64,000 nucleotides of DNA from Rhodospirillales bacterium (GTDB lineage Bacteria > Pseudomonadota > Alphaproteobacteria > Bin95): NCBI GenBank assembly GCA_038143065.1, contig JAYQLI010000035.1:1312894-1376893 (forward strand), read 5' to 3'. The notes beneath the pieces are model-generated. The model saw nothing but the letters and a program-made list of their open reading frames with translations. It did no database searches and had not been told where the DNA came from. Below are positions 56,618-64,000 of the stretch, piece after piece. Made by a program: the position numbers and the translations under genes. The first letter of the stretch is position 1, and each line of letters begins with the position of its first letter.

Positions 56618-57922
56618 TTAAAACCCTTGATAAATTGGGAAGTTACGGCACAAACCCTTAACTTTGTCCCTGGCAACTGCCTCAGCAGCTTCATTATTGT
56701 CCTTCGACTTCGATAGCTCTGCAAGTACGTCACCAATAATTTGACCTACCATGGTAAATTCATCTACCCCAAATCCGCGTGTCGTGCCTGCTGGCGTACC
56801 GAGACGCAGTCCCGACGTTATTGCTGGCTTTTCGGGATCGAACGGGATGGCGTTTTTATTGCAAGTAAGCCCTGCTCGCTCAAGGCTCGCCTCTGCATCT
56901 TTCCCTGTTAGGTTTAGTGGCCGGAGGTCAACCAGCATCAAGTGCGTATCCGTCCCTCCGGACACGATATCTAAACCTCTGCTTTTTAACGTGGTTGCAA
57001 GCGCATTGGCGTTGGCAACAATATTTTCAGCATAAGTAACAAACTCCGGACGCAAAGCTTCTCCGAAAGCCACAGCCTTTGCAGCTATTACATGCATCAA
57101 AGGTCCGCCTTGAAGTCCTGGGAATACTGCGGAATTTACTTTTTTTCCGAGAACCTCATCGTTCGACAGCACCATTCCACCGCGCGGACCACGCAAAGTC
57201 TTATGCGTGGTAGTAGTTACTATATCAGCAAATGGAAGGGGACTTGGATGAACACCAGCGGCTACCAGACCTGCAAAGTGAGCCATATCAACCATTAACT
57301 TAGCACCAACACTATCAGCGATAGCGCGAAAGCGCTCAAAATCTATAATACGCGGGTAAGCTGATCCACCTGCGATAATCAGTTTTGGTTTGTTTTCTTC
57401 AGCTAATACTTGGACCTCATCGTAATCTATAAGGCCATCTTCTTTTCTCACGCCGTATTGTACGGCATTGAACCATTTACCCGACTGATTTGGTGCTGCA
57501 CCATGGGTAAGATGACCGCCAGCAGCTAGCGACATTCCCATAATAGTATCACCTGGCTCAAGCATAGCCAAAAACGCAGCTTGGTTAGCTTGAGCTCCAG
57601 AATGAGGTTGTACATTCACAAAAGTGCAGCCGAAAAGTCGTTTTGCTCGCTCAATGGCAAGTTCTTCCGCCACATCTACGAATTCACATCCGCCATAATA
57701 TCTTCGGCCAGCATAACCTTCTGCATATTTATTTGTGAGGACGCTCCCTTGAGCTTCCAGTACCGCTCGAGAGACAATATTTTCGCTTGCAATGAGTTCA
57801 ATCTGATCCTGCTGGCGACCAAGTTCTTTTCGAATGGCCACACTCAATTCAGGATCTGCCGCCGAAAGTCCAGTTTCGAAAAAGCCATCTGGGAAAGGTT
57901 GAACAGATGCTGTAGCTCTCAT
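56618..57922 (-). CDS. glyA: Serine hydroxymethyltransferase
   Basis: [42 protein letters not shown]. Confidence 0.98.
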   Translation of the reverse strand: MRATASVQPFPDGFFETGLSAADPELSVAIRKELGRQQDQIELIASENIVSRAVLEAQGSVLTNKYAEGYAGRRYYGGCEFVDVAEELAIERAKRLFGCTFVNVQPHSGAQANQAAFLAMLEPGDTIMGMSLAAGGHLTHGAAPNQSGKWFNAVQYGVRKEDGLIDYDEVQVLAEENKPKLIIAGGSAYPRIIDFERFRAIADSVGAKLMVDMAHFAGLVAAGVHPSPLPFADIVTTTTHKTLRGPRGGMVLSNDEVLGKKVNSAVFPGLQGGPLMHVIAAKAVAFGEALRPEFVTYAENIVANANALATTLKSRGLDIVSGGTDTHLMLVDLRPLNLTGKDAEASLERAGLTCNKNAIPFDPEKPAITSGLRLGTPAGTTRGFGVDEFTMVGQIIGDVLAELSKSKDNNEAAEAVARDKVKGLCRNFPIYQGF

Positions 57923-58133
57923 TATCTGACTCGACTCCTCGCTTCACATGAATCGTACACCTTGGGTGTGTCACAAACTTGGGGCGCTTGCAACTTGAGT
58001 ATGATCCAAAGACGCATTTCACTGTGTAATAATAAGAGTTAGGGCTTAAAGTGATATACATCCAGCGGGATTCCAGCAAAGCCCTGCTTCCGCTATACAA
58101 ATAAATTTAGATTGAAGCTCATTAGGTAGCATA

Positions 58134-59138
58134 GTGGTAAATTTCATCCGCCAATGGCTGGAAAACCAGTCCCCATATGAATTTATGATGTTTGCGGCAT
58201 TTGCTGTTATGTGTTTCTGGCTGCTAAAACGATTTTCTGCATCACGCATTCAAAATAATCACCTGGACAGAAAACTAACTGAGCTTGAAGAGGCTTTAGA
58301 GGTCCGCCTCAACACTATTGCCTATCAACTTGACATGACTTTCGACAAAAATCGATCGGCTACAGAGGTTGCAGTCGCCGGACTTGCAGAGCGGATAGGC
58401 CGGATTGATGCCGCACAAGCAAATTTAGCCGCCTTGTCTGGGCAAATTACTGGTCTCGAACGCACTCTTAGTGACAAACAGGCGCGCGGTGCTTTTGGCG
58501 AGGCTAGGTTAGGGGACCTCCTTCGCGATGCGCTGCCCGCTAGTGCATTCAAAGAGCAAGCGACACTCTCAAATGGACGAAGAGCAGACGCTTTATTGAT
58601 TTTACCCCATCCACCAGGCTCAATCGCTGTTGATAGTAAATTTCCTCTCGAGAGCTACCGGGCTATTTTAGCTGCAGACAATCCCTCAGCTAAAAATTCT
58701 GCAAGAAAGTCATTTGAACGTGATGTGGCAAAACACATAACTGACATTGCGGACCGATATATTGTCCCAAATGAAACCTCCGATTGCGCATTAATGTTTG
58801 TGCCAAGTGAAGCAGTTTTTGCTGAACTCCACGCGCACTCGTCCTCCGCTGTTGAAGAGGGTTACAGAAAAAGAGTTTTTATCGTCTCGCCAACCACGAT
58901 TTGGGCTCTCTTGAATACAATTCGGGCCATCATGAAAGATGTTCGGATGAAAGAAGAGTCAGTTAAACTTCAGGCCGAAGCGCAGGCATTAGTCACTGAT
59001 GTGGCTGCGATTGCCAGAGCCGCTAAAACAGTGCGGAGACGAATTCAATTGGCTGAAACAGACCTAACGTCTCTCGTTGACTCGGCAAAAACAGCTGAGC
59101 GTCGCGGTGCACGTATCCGCGACATAGACCTAGAATAA
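58134..59138 (+). CDS. rmuC: DNA recombination protein RmuC
   Basis: N-terminal TM, RGAFGE..L, DSKFPLE.Y, MFVPSEAVF, VSPTT. Confidence 0.9.
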   Translation: MVNFIRQWLENQSPYEFMMFAAFAVMCFWLLKRFSASRIQNNHLDRKLTELEEALEVRLNTIAYQLDMTFDKNRSATEVAVAGLAERIGRIDAAQANLAALSGQITGLERTLSDKQARGAFGEARLGDLLRDALPASAFKEQATLSNGRRADALLILPHPPGSIAVDSKFPLESYRAILAADNPSAKNSARKSFERDVAKHITDIADRYIVPNETSDCALMFVPSEAVFAELHAHSSSAVEEGYRKRVFIVSPTTIWALLNTIRAIMKDVRMKEESVKLQAEAQALVTDVAAIARAAKTVRRRIQLAETDLTSLVDSAKTAERRGARIRDIDLE

Positions 59139-59150
59139 AAATGTTTCGCG

Positions 59151-59405
59151 TTAACCATTTACGGCTTTAAAGAACTTCAATCCCATCTTTGACAGAGGAG
59201 GCGCAGGAACAATCTGGCCGCCTATTTCGTCCTCTATATGCCTGACCAACATCTTCCCATACCCCTTACGCCTAAAGGCAGGGTTTACAAAAATGTATTC
59301 TAACACCTTCTGCTCACGGCAAAAACGCGCATAACCAACGGTCGTATTTTTATTTTTAACTGTGATCGCGTCATCAATGATCGACAAAGATATGTCTGGT
59401 TCCAT
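59151..59405 (-). CDS. Minimal GNAT-family N-acetyltransferase (84 aa)
   Basis: VGY, LEYIFVNPAFRRKGYG acetyl-CoA motif A, G.KFF. Confidence 0.8.
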   Translation of the reverse strand: MEPDISLSIIDDAITVKNKNTTVGYARFCREQKVLEYIFVNPAFRRKGYGKMLVRHIEDEIGGQIVPAPPLSKMGLKFFKAVNG

Positions 59406-59411
59406 TGCCCG

Positions 59412-59801
59412 TCACCCGATAGGGTTTTGCACGCCGGCATAATACACTAGCCGACCAACATCATCGTAAATTGGCCTAATGCGCAGTCTATTGAGAAATC
59501 TTACACCGTCTTTTCTATAGTTCACGATATCGATTTCTATACGTGCTTGCGCGGCGATTGCATGACGGATAGCAGCAATCGCATTCTGGTCCGTTTCCGG
59601 GCCTTGCAAAAACTTGCAATTCCTCCCGACAGCATCTTCAGACGAATAGCCTGTTTGTTCTTCAAACTCAGGTGTCACAAAGATGATTGGATTATCTGGA
59701 AGCGATGGATCACTAAACACAACACTTTGACCAGATTCATCATCAGCCAAAAGATCGGCAAGACTGCGCGACAATTCTGTGGCACTAAAATCGGACATCA
59801 T
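59412..59801 (-). CDS. Short stand-alone LOV-domain blue-light photoreceptor
   Basis: SVVFSDPSLPDNPIIFV..F...TGY, GRNCKFLQGPETD (photoactive Cys), NYRKDG, FLNRL, GVQ; AGGAAGG RBS before ATGATG; no effector domain. Confidence 0.93.
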   Translation of the reverse strand: MMSDFSATELSRSLADLLADDESGQSVVFSDPSLPDNPIIFVTPEFEEQTGYSSEDAVGRNCKFLQGPETDQNAIAAIRHAIAAQARIEIDIVNYRKDGVRFLNRLRIRPIYDDVGRLVYYAGVQNPIG

Positions 59802-59826
59802 AACCTTCCTAACCAACACATAATTC

Positions 59827-59852
59827 TACGCGCGCCAAGGGAATTTGGATCA
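59827..59852 (-). promoter_or_regulatory. RpoE (ECF11, sigmaE-ChrR type) promoter
   Basis: Minus strand TGATCC-aaattcccttggcgc(15 nt)-GCGTA, 25 nt upstream of the LOV ATG. Confidence 0.8.
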
Positions 59853-59889
59853 AAATGTCATTGCCAGTTAAAAGAAACCGCAAGCACAT

Positions 59890-61384
59890 TTAGTTCAGAG
59901 AAATTATTTTTACCTTTTTTCCGATTACTAGATCGGAATCTTGGCCAACACCATTCAAGAGCTTAAAGCGATCAACCGCAAATTTACTAACAGCCATTGC
60001 CCGAGAAATACTATCAATTGTATCCCCCTTTTTGACTTTATGAAGGCGAATACGAAGGGGTTTGAGGTTTTCAAGCTCGGCGGGTGACATATGACGGAAC
60101 GAGTATGTAGTTCGCCTATAGCTTTCATTTAGGGCCTTCGTTTCTGCAGGCTCACTGAAAAATGTTAATCGAAATGTGTGCCCTTTCTCACCACGAATTG
60201 CCACAAGCTGGATGTCCATTGAACGGCCATTTACCCTTCCCTTAGTAGACGCTGCTGCGCCTCAAGGCCATTTACTTTTATTGCCTCAAGGCCTTCCAGC
60301 CGAGCATTTCTTGCCCAGGTTTGGCGAATGTAGTCTCGCATAGAGCCACCATAGTTTTGAGGACCCATATCAAAACTAATGGATGCATTTTCCGGGCCAT
60401 AGGCGATGACCCGCTGAGGAGAATTAAAAAGTGTAAAATTATCAGGAACACTGAATAAAAAGTTAAGATTTTTGTGCGCAAAAGTACCATCGCGCGCATA
60501 ACCTTGTTCCGGAGAGTCCCCCATATCATTCCGTCTATCTTGGAAAGATATATATCCCTTCCATCAAGAGGCTTCTCAACTGGGGTTTTCTGAGCAAGCT
60601 TGCGCGCACGCACCACACGATCTGGAGTAGGTGGGTGGGTATCAAGGTAGGAAGAACCTCTCGGAGCCTGACCGCGTAATTTAGCAATTAAACCTTTCTC
60701 AGAATCCAATTTTTCCAAAAACTCGGACATGCCAAATGGGGTAAATCCAATCCGGCCATTATACCTAATGCCAAGCTCGTCCGCCTGATATTCCTGATCC
60801 CGGCTGTATGAAGCCAGGTACCCCTGAGCCCCAACATTTGCCAGCTGTCCTATAGCTCTACCCGCGTCGGGTCCAACAAAGATGGAACCAAGTATCGAAG
60901 CACCCATTGCACCAATGCCGGCAAGAGTTCCTTGTGCTTGTCGCTGCGCCCCATGACGGGCTGTTACGTGACCTATTTCATGCCCAATAACTGCGGCCAG
61001 TTGCCCCTCCGTCTCTGCAAGTGAGAGCAAACCTCGAGTTACATACACATATCCGCCAGGCAGAGCGAAGGCATTGGTAACGTCACTATCAAGAAGCGTG
61101 AATGTCCACTTAATATCAGGCAGCTCAGAGCTTGCAGCAAGAACCTGTCCTAAAGATTTCACATAGCTCTTCAAATCAGGATCATCATATTCGCCGCCAA
61201 ATTGCTTGAGAATCATTGGATGATTTTCGTCACCAATTCGCTTTTCATCATCTTTAGACATGAAAGCAATATCTTTGCCGCCAGTAGCGGGATTACTTGA
61301 ACACCCCGTTAGGCTAAGGCCAATTGCAACCATTCCGAAGGCTATTAAAAAATAGCGGTTCACGCTTGATATCCTTATCCGCAC
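59890..61384 (-). CDS. M48-family metalloprotease lipoprotein with C-terminal LysM; two frameshifts (about 60522 and 60258)
   Basis: LTGC lipobox, NAFALPGG, HEIGH, YSRDQE..AD, THP, VKKGDT..SI...LNG. Confidence 0.9.
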
Positions 61385-61724
61385 CCATTTCTCCCAAAAT
61401 CAAAAAGTGATGAGATACAACATGATACCGCTTAAATAGTTTGTAACTTTTTTCAGATTACGGCCGATTTAACAAGGAGGTCAAAATCGAAGGGATAAAT
61501 TTGGTCGGTGCAGTTAAAATATAAGCTGGGTTTGGGTTTTCCATTTCTGATCAAGGATGGAACGAATAGCTCAAACCAAACAAAAAATTTTGCTTCCCAA
61601 AAAACGTCGATCTTCAGATGAAAAGATATATGTTTTTTAACAACAGTATTTCCAACCCTCTCAGTCTAGTATTAAGACAAATTCTAGCCTTGAACATTAC
61701 ACGTTCCAGTGATCAGGAAATTCA

Positions 61725-62687
61725 ATGAGAAAGCCACTTCATTCTCGCAAAAATTTGTTTCCGCCGCTGAACACAAATCACGCAGGTTACCTAGATGTAG
61801 GTGAAGGCCACCGACTATGGTGGGAAGAAAGTGGGGCTCCGCATGGAACTCCTGTCGTCTTTCTGCATGGCGGCCCCGGAGCTGGCTGTTCACCCTCTTA
61901 CAGACGATTTTTTGATCCAACTCATTATCGCATAATTTTATTTGACCAACGTGGCGCAGGTCGCTCAAAGCCATATGCTGAAATAAATGCAAATGACACC
62001 GATAAGCTAATAGAGGATATTGAATCTCTTAGATCACATCTAAAAGTAGACAAATGGCTTGTTTTTGGTGGGTCTTGGGGTTCAACGTTGGCTCTAGCCT
62101 ATGGCCAAGCACACCCAGATCATTGCCTTGGATTCATTTTGAGAGGCATATTTCTCGGTAGCGGGGATGAAGTAGATTGGTTCTTGCACGGAATGGGGCG
62201 CATCTTCCCAGAGGCATATCAAACTTTCTTAAACCACATTCCTGCTGGAGAGAGATTTGATATTCTTGCCGCTTATGCACGAAGGTTATTCAGTAATAAT
62301 CCTTCCGAAGCCTTAGCTGCAGCAAAAAGTTGGGCGAACTACGAATCCTCCTGCTCTACTCTTCTTCCAAACGAATTGCCCAATGTAATGGACAATGGGG
62401 AAGGATTGCTCGCTATAGCTAAAATTGAAGCTCACTACTTTCTCAACCGTCTTTTCCTTAAAGATGGTCAGTTATTAGACAATCTTAACCGAATTACCCA
62501 TCTCCCCGCAGTCATTGTTCAAGGCCGATACGATATGATTTGTCCAATTAACAGCGCAGTTATCCTCGCAAGGGCCTGGGATAAAGCCGGATTAGTGGTT
62601 GTAGATGACGCCGGTCATTCCGCTATGGAGCCCGGAATCAGGGCTGCTCTTGTACAAGCGACAGAAAACTTCAAAGGCACGGTTTAA
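61725..62687 (+). CDS. pip: Proline iminopeptidase
   Basis: LHGGPG, FDQRG.GRS.P, FGGSWGS, LRGIF, QGRYD, AGHS. Confidence 0.95.
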   Translation: MRKPLHSRKNLFPPLNTNHAGYLDVGEGHRLWWEESGAPHGTPVVFLHGGPGAGCSPSYRRFFDPTHYRIILFDQRGAGRSKPYAEINANDTDKLIEDIESLRSHLKVDKWLVFGGSWGSTLALAYGQAHPDHCLGFILRGIFLGSGDEVDWFLHGMGRIFPEAYQTFLNHIPAGERFDILAAYARRLFSNNPSEALAAAKSWANYESSCSTLLPNELPNVMDNGEGLLAIAKIEAHYFLNRLFLKDGQLLDNLNRITHLPAVIVQGRYDMICPINSAVILARAWDKAGLVVVDDAGHSAMEPGIRAALVQATENFKGTV

Positions 62688-62796
62688 TTCGAAGTTAAAG
62701 CAGCCTCGTTATTCACCCTGTCGAACGACATGGTCGACAGCTAGAACTGATAAGCAACTACTTTAATGCGCAGTAATAGCTAGAGTTTGGCCATCC

Positions 62797-64000
62797 CTAA
62801 CGCACCTGCTCAGCCAACTCTCTGACCCTTTGCCATGCCGTGTCTACATGTTTCTGCTCGCTCAACGTTTGGCCAATTTGGAACCTTATAGAATAGCTGC
62901 CGTTGATGATGTTTTGCGTCAGATATGTGACTCCATCGTCATTGATGGCGTTCAAGAGACGGGCGTTCAAAGAGTCGAGATCATCAGACCCTGCAGGAGC
63001 ATAGCGGAAATTTAACAACGACAATTGGCGAGGAGCCATCAACTCAAAATCAGGCTCGCTGGCAATTTGCCTCTCAAGATGCTCTGCCATTTTGATGTGA
63101 TTGCGGATGATGAGTTTCAGGCCGTCGACCCCATAGGACCTAATTACAAACCAAAGTTTAAGAGCTCTAAATCGTCTGCCTAGCGGAATAGACCAGTCTC
63201 GATAATCGATAACTTCATTACCTTCGCGACTCAACAAGTATGCTGGATTAATGGAAAGTGTTCTTACCAAAGCCTCTGGATCTCTGACAAAATGGGCAGA
63301 GCAGTCAAAATTCGTCATCAACCATTTGTGTGGATTAAATACGAAGCTATCAAAACCTTCGATACCTTTGAGCAAATGACGATGTTCCTCAAGAATCAAA
63401 GCCGAACCCGCCCAGGCCGCATCAACATGAGAAAACAGTCCGTGACGCGTTGCAATTTCCCCAACCGCTTCCAGGTTATCCATTGCTCCAACACCGGTCG
63501 AACCTAGGTTGGCTATTACACAGGCTGGGAGCTTTCCAGCGGACCTGTCTTCAATAATTGCATTCTCAAGCTCATTGGGCCTTATGGCAAAGGTGATTGG
63601 ATCTGAAGGAATAACTCTAACATTATTGCGCCCCAATCCTGCTATCTTTGCTCCCTTTTCAGTCGCTGAATGTGTTTGATCAGACGTATAGATTACGATG
63701 GGAGGACAGCCAGCAATTCCGTCTTCATTGGCACGCCAGCTAGTAATCCTTTCTCTAGCGGTAAGGATGGCACAGAGAATTGCACTGGAAGCAGAGTCTT
63801 GGATGACGCCATGGAAACTTTCTGGAAGGCCAATCATTTGGCGCAACCAATCAGTAATACGAGTCTCCATTTCAGTTGCGGCTGGCGATGTCTGCCAAAG
63901 CATACACTGCGCTCCGATGGTTGCAGTAAGCATTTCGGCAAGAACTGATGGGGGACTAGAATTGGCTGGGAAATAGGCAAAAAATCGGGGATGCTGCCAG
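62797..64000 (-). CDS. PLP-dependent aromatic L-amino acid decarboxylase (group II); 5' end outside the window
   Basis: WQHPRFFAYFP, WQTSPAATE, HVDAAWAG, FNPHKWL.TNFDCS, DW.IPLGRRFRALKLW. Confidence 0.9.
   Translation of the reverse strand, partial: WQHPRFFAYFPANSSPPSVLAEMLTATIGAQCMLWQTSPAATEMETRITDWLRQMIGLPESFHGVIQDSASSAILCAILTARERITSWRANEDGIAGCPPIVIYTSDQTHSATEKGAKIAGLGRNNVRVIPSDPITFAIRPNELENAIIEDRSAGKLPACVIANLGSTGVGAMDNLEAVGEIATRHGLFSHVDAAWAGSALILEEHRHLLKGIEGFDSFVFNPHKWLMTNFDCSAHFVRDPEALVRTLSINPAYLLSREGNEVIDYRDWSIPLGRRFRALKLWFVIRSYGVDGLKLIIRNHIKMAEHLERQIASEPDFELMAPRQLSLLNFRYAPAGSDDLDSLNARLLNAINDDGVTYLTQNIINGSYSIRFQIGQTLSEQKHVDTAWQRVRELAEQVR

Noticed and set aside
56140-56620. FMN riboswitch before the rib genes
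   Set aside because: glyA-nrdR-ribD are contiguous or overlapping; there is no leader and no AGGGC..GAAATTCCCGACC core
57923-58133. ZTP (pfl) or glycine riboswitch upstream of glyA
   Set aside because: No GACTGGCG/CGCCTGGG or GGAGA..CCGAAG..CTCAGG cores visible on the minus strand
890-61384. Mass pseudogenisation or programmed frameshifting
   Set aside because: The breaks checked are single-base changes in homopolymer runs, in both directions, hit essential genes and show no other decay; sequencing error is simpler
1-64000. CRISPR arrays, IS elements, prophage, defence systems, rRNA or tRNA
   Set aside because: No repeat-spacer periodicity, transposase, integrase or phage motifs, or RNA gene signatures seen by eye; small or degenerate elements could have been missed

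Overview
A 64 kb stretch of core and accessory chromosome from an alphaproteobacterium, judged from gene order (mucR-olsBA-miaB-phoH-ybeY-corC-lnt; bamE/cbp3-yceD-plsX-fabH; glyA-nrdR-ribD-ribE-ribB-ribH-nusB-thiL); it looks Rhodospirillales-like and possibly marine, which is inference. It holds about 68 protein-coding genes. I recognised no rRNA, tRNA, CRISPR array or mobile element. Over 20 genes, several normally essential, are split by single-base indels, and those I checked lie in homopolymer runs, pointing to long-read assembly error rather than gene decay. The most notable signal is a stand-alone short LOV blue-light receptor (DsLOV-like). It is preceded by an exact match to the Rhodobacter RpoE (singlet-oxygen response) promoter consensus TGATCC-N15-GCGTA and followed after 6 nt by a minimal 84-aa GNAT acetyltransferase, giving a candidate light/photo-oxidative-stress acetylation module. 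Other points: several structured intergenic RNA candidates, an in-frame TAG in a TetR gene, a RibBX-type fusion, and acyl-CoA catabolic modules of unknown substrate. All calls are by eye from motifs, with no database search.
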